Positions 21,216 to 30,929 of a DNA stretch of 64,000 bases are shown here, piece by piece. The notes under the pieces are model-generated. The model made no database searches, was not told the origin of the DNA, and was given only the letters and a program-made list of their open reading frames with translations. Location: NCBI GenBank assembly GCA_963815115.1, contig CAWFFN010000005.1:1-64000 (forward strand), read 5' to 3'. The stretch comes from an uncultured delta proteobacterium (GTDB lineage Bacteria; Desulfobacterota; Binatia; DP-6). Each line of letters begins with the position of its first letter. Within the stretch, counting starts at the first letter, position 1. Made by a program: the position numbers and the translations under genes.

Positions 21216-22142
21216 CTCGGAATCCGCACGCTGCCGATCAGAAAAGTCAGGATCACCGTCGTCCCGATGTTCATGGGAATGCCGGTGTGCGTCAGGTAGT
21301 AGCGCATCGTCAGCAGCGCGAATCCGTTCCCGGTCAGCGCTTTCAGACCGGTCTGCTCGTGGATCCTCCTGGCGGCCGCCTCGGGGTCGCTGGGCTGCGC
21401 CTTCGCGAGCACGAACGGCGTCAGCCGTCCCGTCGGGTTCGGCGGAACGAAGAGCGTCGCCTGGCTGAAGCGCGTGTAGATCACCGGCAGCGTCATGAAC
21501 GTCTGCGACCCCCGGTACACGCCGACCACGACCGCGCGGCGCTGATTCATCTCGAGGACCTTGCCCGCGCTCAGCGGCTCGCCGGGCCATATCTGGTGAA
21601 AGCCGGCCTCGTCGACGAGGATGGCGTCGGGGATCTGCAGGTCGCCGATGCTCCCCAGCAGCATGTGGGTGGGCGCTCCCGTCAGGCTGGCATCGTCCAG
21701 GCCCATCAGGATGACACCCTGATAGGTCCCGTCGGCGAGCTGCGCTTGACCCTGTCCACGGTACAGGCTCACGGCCCAGGCCACCCCGGGAACGCTGCGG
21801 ACGCGGAAGAGGTCGTTGTCGGAGAGCGGCTTCAGGTCATCCACGTAGCGGACGCCGCTGTTCATCACCCAGATGTCGGCGCCCTGGGTATCGCGGATAT
21901 GGCTCGTGGTCCGCAGCATGACCCCGCAGAAGATGGCGCTCTGCTCCGCGATGAGGAAGCAGGCAAAGCTGATGCCGAAGAGGAGGGCGAGGTACTTGCC
22001 TCGCTCGCCCATCAGCATCCTGAGGGGCAGATAGCCGAATTCCACGGCATGCGTGAGTGTGCCATTGCCTGCCGCGGCGCGCCACGCGATCTGCGACGGC
22101 GCGCAGCAGCAGCAGTATTAGGGACCATTCGGGAGCGAGCCG

Positions 22143-23358
22143 ATGGCGATTGGCAAGACCGGGACGCTCGAGGCTGGCGATAGCCCCGATCGCGCACTCA
22201 TCGAGCGCGAGCTCACCACGATCGTCACCAGTCTGCTGTCGGAGCTGGGCTCGGTGCCGGGTCGACAGATCGGTCCCCGCGATTCGCTCGACCGCGATCT
22301 CGGGCTCGGGAGCCTCGAGCGGGTCGAGCTGCTGCTCCGGATCGAGCACGCCTTCAGTGTCCGGCTGGCGGACGATGTGATGGTGGCGGCAGACACCATC
22401 GCCGACCTCGCCACGGCCGTGCTCGCCGGCGCACCCAAGAGACCCGAGGCGTTCCCTATCGTCGCGCCGATAGGCGGCGAGGGCGTCGCCGCCCCCCGCT
22501 CGGCGCGGAGCCTCGTCGAAGCGCTCGTGTGGCAGGCGGAGCGTAACCCTGACCGGACACACCTTCTGCTGCGTGAAGACGCGGGTGAGGAACGGACGAT
22601 CTCCTACGGGGAGCTGTGGTCGCGGGCGCAGGCCGTAGCGACGGGTTTGCGGCAGCGGAACCTCGGGATTGGCGAGACCGTCTCGCTCATGTTGCGCACC
22701 GAGGAGGCCTTCTTCGCGAGCTTCTTCGGCATCCTGGTCGCAGGCGGGGTGCCGGTACCGATCTACCCGCCGTTTCGGCTCGACCGGCTCGAGGAATACG
22801 CGCACCGGCAGGTGGGCATCCTGCGCAACGCACAGGCTGTGCTGCTCATCACGTTCGACGAGGCCACCCGTATCGCTGGCTTGCTGCGCTCGCGCGGGTG
22901 CGTTTCGTCGCGATGCGCGAGCTGCTCGCGACGCCGCTCATCCGGACGATCATCCGAAAGGTCGGGCATCTGACGGTCGAACGCGCCGACGTGTCGCGCA
23001 GCCTCGAAGACGCGCGTAGCGTGGTTGATGCGCTGGGCTCGGGAGCAACGTTGCTGTCTTCCCGGAAGGCGGGTTCGCGAACGCCCCCGGCCTCCGTCCC
23101 TTCCGGCTCGGCGCGTTCAAGGCAGCGGTCGAGAGCGGAAAGCCGATCGTCCCCGTGGCGATCGTCGGGACGCGGGCGATTCTCGGTGGCGGACGCACCC
23201 TCCCGCGGCGGGGCCGGATCGAGGTGACCATCGCGCCGCCCATCACCCCGCGCGGCGCGGACTGGCCCGAGATGGTCCGGCTGCGCGACGTGACGCGGTC
23301 GCAGATCGCGGAGATCACGGGAGAATGGCCCGTCACGAGCCACTCGGGGGTCACATGA
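22143..23358 (+). pseudogene. ACP-fatty acyl-AMP ligase-acyltransferase fusion with a large internal deletion
   Basis: DLGLGSLERVEL (carrier Ser), VPVPIYPPFR, then a jump near 22898 to VRFVAMRELL and FRLGAFKAA (PlsC-like C-terminus). Confidence 0.85.
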
Positions 23359-23438
23359 CCACGCGGCGCCACGAAGGAAGCGATGTCACCGGTTCGCTCA
23401 CCTCCTTGTGCGACCCATGCCTTCCCAAATCCCCTGCC

Positions 23439-24119
23439 TCATGCACGTGCGGGTTCATCGCCCTTCGCTTGCGCCGCGCGGTCGGCCGCTTCGGCGAGCA
23501 GCGTGATGACGTCGCCGTCGGAGACCTGACTGAAGTCGCGGTAGAACTGGCCGACCGCCCCGAAGACCGCGGGCGTGGCGATGCACACGAGGTCATCCAC
23601 TTCCGTCCGGAGGACCTCGATCGTCTCCGGCGGCGCCACGCCGATGGCGAGGACGATGCGGCGGGGATTGGCGCGTCGCACCCCCCGGAGTGCCGCACGC
23701 ACCGTGCCGCCCGTCGCCACGCCGTCGTCGACCACGATGACCGTCCGATCGGCGAGATCCACGCGCGGCCGGCCGCCGCGAAGCAGCGCCTGGCGCCGGT
23801 GGATCTCGTCGAGCTGCCGGGCGACCTCCCTTTCGATGTACTGCCGCGACACGTGGAGCAGGTGCAGCACGTCCTCGTTCAACACCCGCTGCGGATGGTC
23901 ACCGTCGACGATGGCGCCGATCCCGAGCTCCGGCTGGTCTGGTGCACCGAGCTTGCGAACCACGATGACGTCGAGCGGTGCATCGAGGGCACGCGCTATC
24001 TCGTAGGCGACGGGTACCCCACCGCGCGGCAGCCCCAGGACGACGGGGCGCTCGTCCTTGTAGCGCAGCAGGCGCGTCGCGAGCTGGCGGCCGGCGTCGG
24101 CACGATCCTCGAACAACAT
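23439..24119 (-). CDS. Phosphoribosyltransferase (Rv0571c/Rv2030c-like, copy 1)
   Basis: FEDRADAGRQL, LGLPRGGVPV, VVDDGVATG, AVGQFYRDFSQVSD. Confidence 0.92.
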   Translation of the reverse strand: MLFEDRADAGRQLATRLLRYKDERPVVLGLPRGGVPVAYEIARALDAPLDVIVVRKLGAPDQPELGIGAIVDGDHPQRVLNEDVLHLLHVSRQYIEREVARQLDEIHRRQALLRGGRPRVDLADRTVIVVDDGVATGGTVRAALRGVRRANPRRIVLAIGVAPPETIEVLRTEVDDLVCIATPAVFGAVGQFYRDFSQVSDGDVITLLAEAADRAAQAKGDEPARA

Positions 24120-24130
24120 GGCGCCTCCTC

Positions 24131-24769
24131 TCATGTCTCGACACCGAGGTGCTCGGCGAACCAATCGACGGCGAGCCGCGCCGCCACGTCGAGCCTGCCG
24201 GGCTCTTCGAACAGATGGGTCGCGCCCGGCACGATTGAGAGCTGTTTCCGGCCGCCGAGCCGCGCATAGGCGTAGCGGTTCATCCGCAGCACGTCGTGGT
24301 CGAGCTCGCCGACGATGAGGAGCGTGGGCGCTGCGACGTGCTGGAGGGCGTCCCAGGCCAGGTCGGTACGGCCCCCACGCGAAACGATGGCGCCGATGCG
24401 AGGGTCGGTCGCCGCCGCCACGAGGGCCGCCGCAGCACCGGTGCTCGCTCCGAAGTAGCCCATCGGCACCTCGGAGGTCGGCGCCAGCGCGCGGACTGCC
24501 TCTGCCGCGCAGCGGAGCCGGCGCGCGAGGACCGGGACGTCGAAAACGTGGCGGCGATCGGCCCCCTCGTGTTCGGTGAGCAGATCGAAGAGTAGGGTCG
24601 CGAGACCCGAGCGGTGCAGCACCTCGGCGACGTGGACGTTGCGGGGGCTGTGGCGGCTGCTGCCGCTGCCATGCGCGAAGAGCACGATCCCGCGCAGGCG
24701 GTCGGGCGTCTCCAGCTGCCCATTGAGCTCAATGGCGTCGGTCGAGATGCGGATCAGGCGGCTCTCCAT
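24131..24769 (-). CDS. Dienelactone-hydrolase-like alpha/beta hydrolase (copy 1)
   Basis: FAHGSGSSRHSPRN, GYFGASTG, GATHLFEEPG. Confidence 0.92.
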   Translation of the reverse strand: MESRLIRISTDAIELNGQLETPDRLRGIVLFAHGSGSSRHSPRNVHVAEVLHRSGLATLLFDLLTEHEGADRRHVFDVPVLARRLRCAAEAVRALAPTSEVPMGYFGASTGAAAALVAAATDPRIGAIVSRGGRTDLAWDALQHVAAPTLLIVGELDHDVLRMNRYAYARLGGRKQLSIVPGATHLFEEPGRLDVAARLAVDWFAEHLGVET

Positions 24770-24782
24770 TTGAAATCACACC

Positions 24783-24875
24783 TGCAAACGGCCCGCCAGC
24801 CGACGTCATCGCCTGCCGTCGAGCTGATTGCCAATGCCGATAGCCCCGAGAGCAAGTGTCATATCAAATTTGAGA
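24783..24875 (-). promoter_or_regulatory. sigma54 promoter plus tandem upstream activator-like sites
   Basis: TGGCGGGCCGTTTGCA at 24783-24798; TGCCA-N4-CGATA at 24829 and TATCA-N4-TGAGA at 24862. Confidence 0.7.
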
Positions 24876-25020
24876 ATGGAGAATCTTGATTCAGTGCAGA
24901 TGCCGTGTGCCGCGATTCCGGCACGATCTTCGAGCCGTGACCGACGGGCCCGTTGCTGGCGTTGCTCGCCTCACAGTGCCGCCGGATCACTCTGGGCTCT
25001 GTGGTGCGGTACAGCGGAAA

Positions 25021-25449
25021 TCAGTGCGAAGGCGGCGCATGCTGCAGGGAGCGTACATAGGCCGCGATGGTGATGATTCTGCCACGCGCCAGGAGCTGCT
25101 GCTCGGGCGAGGTGGTCGGGTCCGGTTGGAACACCTCGCCCCACACCGGCATCTCGGAGACGCCGTGCGCGCGCACCGTGCGGGTCCCGTCGATCGCCTC
25201 GACGACGGTTTCCAGGGGGAACTGCCCCTCGTGGGTGGCTGCGATCTGCGTGAGGTCCGTGGGCTTCTCTCCCAGCGCCGGAGCGACCGGACCGTCACCG
25301 CGCCCTTGGCGACCATGGCAGGCGGCGCAGTAGCGCAGATAGAGCGGCCGCCCGGCCTCGTCCCCCGCGTGCACCGTCCCGACGATGAGGAGCAGCAGGA
25401 GAAGGAGAGTCCATCGCAGCGATCGCATCATCGTGGCCTTGCTTTTCAT
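25021..25449 (-). CDS. Monoheme cytochrome c (paralog of 6758-7147)
   Basis: Signal peptide, [17 protein letters not shown]; start may be 25431. Confidence 0.9.
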   Translation of the reverse strand: MKSKATMMRSLRWTLLLLLLLIVGTVHAGDEAGRPLYLRYCAACHGRQGRGDGPVAPALGEKPTDLTQIAATHEGQFPLETVVEAIDGTRTVRAHGVSEMPVWGEVFQPDPTTSPEQQLLARGRIITIAAYVRSLQHAPPSH

Positions 25450-25501
25450 CGTCGAAAGCCGGTCCATCCGTACAGCGCGGGCAGTAGCCACCGCCGGCCG
25501 C

Positions 25502-26017
25502 TCAGGCGCGCGAGTCACGCTGGGTGGGCCGGGCCCGGGCACGCAGCAGCGCGGCCTGCTGCCGAACGTGGGGGTGGGTGCTGAAGCGCTCAGCCGCATC
25601 GGCCAGGCGGGATGCGTGGTCTTCCGCGGTGGGTCGTGGCGGGCGGCGGTGGCTGGCCGCCACGAGCATCTGACGTAGCGGCTCGATCTCGGTCATCTCG
25701 AGCGCGAGGGCGGCTGCCAGCTGCTCGTCGGTGCCGGCACCCCGAGCGAGCCGCTCGGCCTCGGCCAGCTTCGCCTCGATCTCGCGGGCGACCTGATCCC
25801 ACCTCCCCGAGAGGTGCGTTACCCAGGCTTCCACGGTCGGTAGATGACTGCGCGAGTCGTTGAGGATGCGAGCGTGGTCGTCCTCCTCGCGTGCCATCTC
25901 GGTCCAGAGCGCGCATAAGTCCGGCTGCTCGCGCGCCGCCGCGGCGAAGCTGCGATAGAGCGCCGCTGAACGGGCCTCGAAACCGCAGCAGCGGTCCAAC
26001 ATGTCGTCCAGGGTCAC
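25502..26017 (-). CDS. Ferritin/rubrerythrin-like helical protein
   Basis: FEARSAALY...[12 protein letters not shown] (E-x6-Y, EExxH) and ALALE; GTG start. Confidence 0.7.
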   Translation of the reverse strand: MTLDDMLDRCCGFEARSAALYRSFAAAAREQPDLCALWTEMAREEDDHARILNDSRSHLPTVEAWVTHLSGRWDQVAREIEAKLAEAERLARGAGTDEQLAAALALEMTEIEPLRQMLVAASHRRPPRPTAEDHASRLADAAERFSTHPHVRQQAALLRARARPTQRDSRA

Positions 26018-26029
26018 ACCGACGGTAAA

Positions 26030-26045
26030 AGCAAGAGCGATGCCA
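26030..26045 (-). promoter_or_regulatory. sigma54 promoter
   Basis: TGGCATCGCTCTTGCT. Confidence 0.75.
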
Positions 26046-26419
26046 GCAGCGCAATGAGGCACCGGGCCCCGCCCCGACGGACGATGGCGAGCCATGCCCG
26101 GTTGCGGCAGGCGCGAAGCTTGACGGTTCGGCTGCCGCGATCCAGAGCGGAGCACGAGGAGGCTCCAGGACTGACTGTAAGATGAAGCGGGTCGTCAGGC
26201 GGGGCACCGCACGGTCGGGAGCGGGCTCTCGCCGGCTACGTCCCTCCGCCGCTCAGGCAGCGTTCCGTATCTTGCTTTCGAGCGTCGGTGCCCCCGGAGC
26301 TGCGTCGGATCGCAGGCGATGCTCCGTTTCCGCGGCCGCGAGTCCGGTCGGCGAGCCGAGTAGCGTGAGAAAAGCGGCCGAGCGGCTGTCCGGTGGCCGA
26401 CGGTGTGCTGTCGCTGACG

Positions 26420-27165
26420 GACGCGCTGGCGCTGATAGAACCGCTCGTCGAGGCTTCGTGCGTAGCCCCGTTCGTCCTCCGCCCCGCTGACTTCGAGGGA
26501 AAGCTCGAGCACGCGGCCGCCGACGCTGAGTATCTGCTCTTTGGCTGCCAGCCGCACGTCATAGGCCCAGACCGTGGCCCCGAGCCGCCGCGCCGTCGCG
26601 ATGGCCTGCAGTCCCGCCACGCCGGCCCCGATGACCAGCACCCGGGCCGGCATCACGGTGCCTGCAGCGGTCATCAGCATCGGAAACATCCGAGGGAGCG
26701 TCGACGCTGCGAGTAGCACGGCCTTGTAGCTGCAGACGGTCGCCATTGCCGAGAGGACGTCCATCGACTGGGCGCGGGTGGTACGCGGGATGAGGTCCAC
26801 GGCGAGCGCCGAGACGCCCAGCTCGGCGATCTCCTGCACCGTGCACGGGGACGTGAGCGGGCGCAGAAAACCGATGAGGATCTGACCACGGCGCAGGAGC
26901 GGAAGATCGAGCTTCCCGGTGCAATCGTTGGCGCCGTGGCAGAGGATCTGGATCAGGACGTCCGCTGCCGCGAACACGCTCGCCCGATCCGGCAGGCACC
27001 GGGCACCCTGCTCCAGGTATTCGGCGTCGGGATATCCGCCGCGACGCCCGCGCCGGCCTCGACCACGACCTCGTGGCCCGCGCGGATGATGCCGGGCAGC
27101 ACGGCCGGAACGAGCGCCACCCGGCACTCGCCGGGATAGGTCTCCTTGGCGACGCCGACGATCGC
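26420..27165 (-). pseudogene. pntA: NAD(P) transhydrogenase subunit alpha, frameshifted and truncated
   Basis: KETYPGECRVAL, PRTTRAQSMDVLS, MLMTAAGT, GAGVAGLQAIATARRLGA. Confidence 0.9.
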
Positions 27166-27270
27166 GGCCCCTTCACGCCTCCGCGGCGCCCGTGTTCAGC
27201 AGATCACGCTGGTCGGCAAGCGGTGCGCGGTGTGTGCGGGGGCGGCGGAAGCGATAGCGATATCGATGAG

Positions 27271-27438
27271 CGCCGTGGACTGGCCGGTGCGCAGCACAGG
27301 CGGCCCCAGATACCTGAGGATTCCGTCGCGTCGCTGTAGAGCATGCTCATCGAGGGCGGGCGTCGAGAGATTCCACCAGATCGTGTTCACGTTCTCCGGC
27401 CCCGAAGCTCGTAAATCGCGGCCCTTCTGGGGTATCAT
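27271..27438 (-). pseudogene. pckA: 5' fragment of ATP-dependent PEP carboxykinase
   Basis: NVNTIWWNLSTPALDEHALQRRDGILRYLGPPVLRTGQ matches the PckA N-terminal pattern. Confidence 0.65.
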
Positions 27439-27468
27439 GTCGCTCCTCGCGCACAAGGCGGGGGCCGC

Positions 27469-27570
27469 TCCCTAATTTGAGAATGCCCGGCATCGTTCTT
27501 TGTCAGGGCTGATACGGCTTGCGGCTCCTGCCTTGATGGCCGTTTTTTCGCCGGCGGCACAGCATTGGCT
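27469..27570 (+). promoter_or_regulatory. Tandem activator-like sites plus sigma54 promoter for TRASH-USP copy 2
   Basis: TCCCT-N4-TGAGA at 27469, TGTCA-N4-TGATA at 27501, CGGCACAGCATTGGCT at 27555-27570. Confidence 0.6.
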
Positions 27571-27624
27571 AGGCGAGACGATGCTCTTGACCGCGCCGAT
27601 CGAACCCAAGGCGGAGTCCGCATC

Positions 27625-28224
27625 ATGATGGTCAAGTGTCGGGTGTGCGGCTCGCACGTGTCCAAGGACGTCGCAGTCGAGCTGACGCTCGGCGGCCAGC
27701 CCGCGGATTTCTGCTGTGCGAGATGGGCCGAGACCGCCATGGCCGAGCCTGGGGCCCCGGTCACCCCCACGGTGCCGTCCGCATCGGTCCCGCGCAAGAT
27801 TCTCGTCGCCGTGGACGGTTCGGGCCCGTCGTTGCGCGCGGTCGCCGCGGCCGCGGGGCTCGCCGCCGTGGCGCACGGCGAGGTGTCGTTGCTCTGCGCG
27901 GTCGATCCCGCCTGGACGGACGTGCTGCACATGACCCCCAGGATCGGCGAGCTCGACCTGTCTGCGGAGGCCGCGCGCGTGCTCAAGGAGGATGCGCAGG
28001 CCCAGCTCGCCTACGCGCGGCGGATCTGCGAGCGGGCGAGGATGCCGGTCACGACGCGTGTCGAGTTCAGGGCGCCCTTCGAGGCAATTGTCGAGGCAGC
28101 CAAGGATGCCGAGCTGATCGTGATGGGCAGTCGCGGCCGGGGTGCCCTGTCCGGCCTCATGCTGGGCAGCTTGTCTCACCGCGTGCTGGGAGGCACGCCG
28201 GCACCGGTGCTGGTGGTGCACTGA
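27625..28224 (+). CDS. TRASH/YHS-like-USP fusion (copy 2)
   Basis: CRVCG...FCCARW followed by a USP domain closely similar to copy 1. Confidence 0.88.
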   Translation: MMVKCRVCGSHVSKDVAVELTLGGQPADFCCARWAETAMAEPGAPVTPTVPSASVPRKILVAVDGSGPSLRAVAAAAGLAAVAHGEVSLLCAVDPAWTDVLHMTPRIGELDLSAEAARVLKEDAQAQLAYARRICERARMPVTTRVEFRAPFEAIVEAAKDAELIVMGSRGRGALSGLMLGSLSHRVLGGTPAPVLVVH

Positions 28225-28236
28225 AAGGAGGACACC

Positions 28237-28677
28237 ATGGATATCGGCGTCTTGTGTGTGCGAGAGGTCGACACCCTGCCGCCTCAGGCGACCGCGCTCG
28301 ACGCAGCGCAGCAGATGCGGGTGCGTGAGGTTGGCACCCTCGTGGTCGTGAACGAGAAGCATCAACCGATCGGGCTCGTGTCGGACCGTGACCTGACGCT
28401 GCGCGTGATGGCCATGGCGCACGACCCGGCGAGGACGCCGATCGTCGACGTCATGACTGCGATGCCGCAAACCGTCCTTGAGAGCAGTTCGCTGGAGTCA
28501 GCTCTCGCGCAGATGCGGATAGGTCGCGTGCGGCGGCTTCCGGTGGTGAACGGTATGGGGACCCTGGTCGGCATGGTGGCGCTCGACGACATCCTCGCGG
28601 TGTTGGCCCGAGAGTTCTCGCTGATCGGCGGCCTCGTCGAGGCGGAGGCGCCCCACGGACCCACGAAGCCTCTCTGA
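28237..28677 (+). CDS. CBS-domain protein
   Basis: GLVSDRDL, VRRLPVV, VALDDIL; AAGGAGG RBS. Confidence 0.92.
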   Translation: MDIGVLCVREVDTLPPQATALDAAQQMRVREVGTLVVVNEKHQPIGLVSDRDLTLRVMAMAHDPARTPIVDVMTAMPQTVLESSSLESALAQMRIGRVRRLPVVNGMGTLVGMVALDDILAVLAREFSLIGGLVEAEAPHGPTKPL

Positions 28678-28685
28678 GGACACGC

Positions 28686-28880
28686 ATGACTGTGACCCTC
28701 GAGCTCTCGGTCGATGACGCGCGCTGCCTCCGCGACCACCTCGCACGTCACATCGCCGAGGTGGACGACGAGCAGGCGCACACCGAGCGGCGACAGCTGC
28801 GACATGCGCTCGCGGTCGACGTCGATCGGCTACGACTCATGGAGGATCGGCTGGCGCGCCTACTTGCGGGCGCGGCTTGA
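28686..28880 (+). CDS. Small helical hypothetical protein
   Basis: 64 aa, GAGGA RBS, directly follows the CBS gene. Confidence 0.65.
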   Translation: MTVTLELSVDDARCLRDHLARHIAEVDDEQAHTERRQLRHALAVDVDRLRLMEDRLARLLAGAA

Positions 28881-29095
28881 CTGAACGCCCGTAGGACCTG
28901 CCGGAAGTGGACGAGTGCGGACGCCGCCACCTTCCGCGCGTCCGCGAGCGCCGCGTCGGTTTGCCTGCTGGATCTTTCGCCAGGAACCGGCCGCGGCGGC
29001 CGTGAGGCGCCTGAGCCTGCGAGACGCCTCGCGCTGACATTACGTACGAAGACCTGGGAGCCATGATCAACAAGGGCGGGTTGCCCGATTGAGAC

Positions 29096-29665
29096 CTATG
29101 GTGTCAGGGCCTCTTCGATCGCTGCAATTATCTTCCGCTCGCCGCCGCCCACGTCGACGAGAAGTCTCTCGAGGTGGCCCGTTGCGGCAACGACCGCGCG
29201 GCAGCGTTCCAGGAGGTCGTTGCGAAAGGTCTCCAGCTCGCGGCGAGACAGAACCTTCCTCAGCTGCTGGGCGTAGAGAAACCAGATCTTCCGGGCCTCG
29301 GGATCCGGTCCCTTGTGCAGCTGCCGATCCAGCATCTCATACCCCTTCGTGCCGGGGCGGACTCCGTGCCTTTCGGCCGCAGCGAGCACGCTCCTGGCCT
29401 CCTTTTCGCTAAGGTCCCCGTCCGCCCAGGCGATCTCGACCAGAGGGTAGAGCTGGAAGGCGGCCATCATCTCGCCGTTGAGCTGGATCTCGACCATCCG
29501 GTCGAGCAGCTCCTCGTCGGTCACGCCGGCCGCCTTGCGGATGCTCTCCTTGTCGACCTTCTTCTGAAAGACCCCCTTCAGCTTCTCGAGGAGCGCGAAC
29601 TCCTTCTTGCCGAAGTACTCTTCCTCCAAATAAATCTCCCGCTTTTCGAAAATGTCCTTCGCCAT
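29096..29665 (-). CDS. TerB-like protein with a charged helical N-terminus
   Basis: PLVEIAWADGDLSEKE and GERKIIAAIEEAL; N-terminus FEKREIYLEEEYFGKKE. Confidence 0.7.
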   Translation of the reverse strand: MAKDIFEKREIYLEEEYFGKKEFALLEKLKGVFQKKVDKESIRKAAGVTDEELLDRMVEIQLNGEMMAAFQLYPLVEIAWADGDLSEKEARSVLAAAERHGVRPGTKGYEMLDRQLHKGPDPEARKIWFLYAQQLRKVLSRRELETFRNDLLERCRAVVAATGHLERLLVDVGGGERKIIAAIEEALTP

Positions 29666-29844
29666 GGCTCGCTACCTCATGCGGTGCCACACTGAAGTCG
29701 CCGCTCGCTGAATCGAGCGGAGCGTAGTATGAACCTGATCGAGGCGCAGTCGGCGGTTCCTCAAGCTTTTCACCCTCCCGGACGCAGACGATCTGAGCCA
29801 CGGCATGCGCCAGCGGCGCATTACGAGGCGCTGACAAGACCAAC

Positions 29845-30117
29845 TCAATCGGACTCGCCCGTGAACTGGCCACCTGCGTTGGTTTTGACGCCCGCCGCCG
29901 AGAAGGTTGCAGCCCAACACTGGCCATTGCGCTGCAGCTGCACGTTCAGCGGCAACGGCAACGTCGGCGGCAGGGAACCGATTGGCAGGTTCGCCTCCCC
30001 TTGCCCCTTCACCGCCACGTTCGCCTGGCCCGCTGCGGCCGCGTTGAGCGTGATCCCCGCGACGCCGGCTGCGGTTCCCGCCCTGTCGGTGTACTTGAAG
30101 CCCTTTCCGGTCGCTTC
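29845..30117 (-). pseudogene. 3' remnant of a secreted-protein C-terminal domain
   Basis: GFKYTDRAG..GITL..AGQANVAVKGQG..NL..LPLPLNVQLQ..QCWAATFS..N.GGQF; no own start. Confidence 0.55.
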
Positions 30118-30505
30118 CACCGAGGATGCCGCGTCCCGTGGCCGTCTCGGCGATGACGACGTCGACGGGGTTGGCGGTCGCGCAGTAGATGCCGCATACC
30201 TCGGGGATCTGCCGGATCACGGGCAGCACGTTGATCGGATAGCAGTCGCGCAGGAGCACCAGGAGCTGTCCCGCGCCGATCGCCTCCGCGTTGGTCTGGG
30301 CGAGCGCGACCAGCTCCGGATCGGAGCCGCTCCCGCGGATGAGGCAGGGTCCCGACGACTCGCAGAAGGCGAGGCCAAAGGAGATGCAGGGCACGGCGGT
30401 GACGAGCGCCTCGTGGAGATCCTCGACGGTCTTGATGGAGTGCGCCTGGCCGAGGATCAGGTTGATTGCCTCGGGCTTTTGGATCGTGACGGAGACGAGC
30501 TGCAC
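30118..30505 (-). pseudogene. Adenosine-specific kinase family (DUF355) protein, 3' truncated copy
   Basis: NLILGQAHSIKTVEDL, FGLAFCESSGPCL, CATANP, GRGILG, then a fusion junction. Confidence 0.85.
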
Positions 30506-30899
30506 GGCCGTGCCCTTGTCGGCGAGATGCTCCAATCGGCGTGCCAGATGAGCGAGGGCGACGCCGCGGGCGAGCTGAGGCTTCTGCGGCGACAGCGCGA
30601 GAATCGGGCGGCAGCTCTTTCGCGACTCTGGGAAGCAGGGCCCCGGATCGCGGTGCGCGCACGCCTTCCCGCGCTGGTCACGATCTTGCACGTCGCAGGG
30701 ATGGCGGCGCCTTCGTGGCCCAACGAGTTTGCGAGCTGGCTCCCGTCGCGATGTTCGAGGCCCTTCGGAGCTCCCCAGCTGCGTTCGACGGTCCCAGCCG
30801 CCGAGATTTGGCAACCGGGGAGGCGTCGCCCCCACCGCTTGCGTACCAGTCGTGCCGCGGCGTTCGGGGGGATGGGCGTGGTCGGGCTCGTTTCGGGTG

Positions 30900-30915
30900 T
30901 GGCGTAGCCATTGCA
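30900..30915 (+). promoter_or_regulatory. sigma54 promoter
   Basis: TGGCGTAGCCATTGCA. Confidence 0.7.
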
Positions 30916-30929
30916 CGTGGTAAACCTGC

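Larger units (their letters stand above)
19102..21228 (-). mobile_element. IS21-family element with an internal deletion
   Basis: Ends TGCTGATTCCG / TGCGGATTCCG; 6-bp target duplication CGCTGC at 19096-19101 and 21229-21234; istA and istB remnants inside. Confidence 0.95.
18761..22045 (-). pseudogene. ABC permease (FtsX/DevC-like) interrupted by the IS21 element
   Basis: Removing the IS and one target duplication restores ...TFLIGS-AIAGQASYLFTIENLRQFGTLKAMG in frame. Confidence 0.9.
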
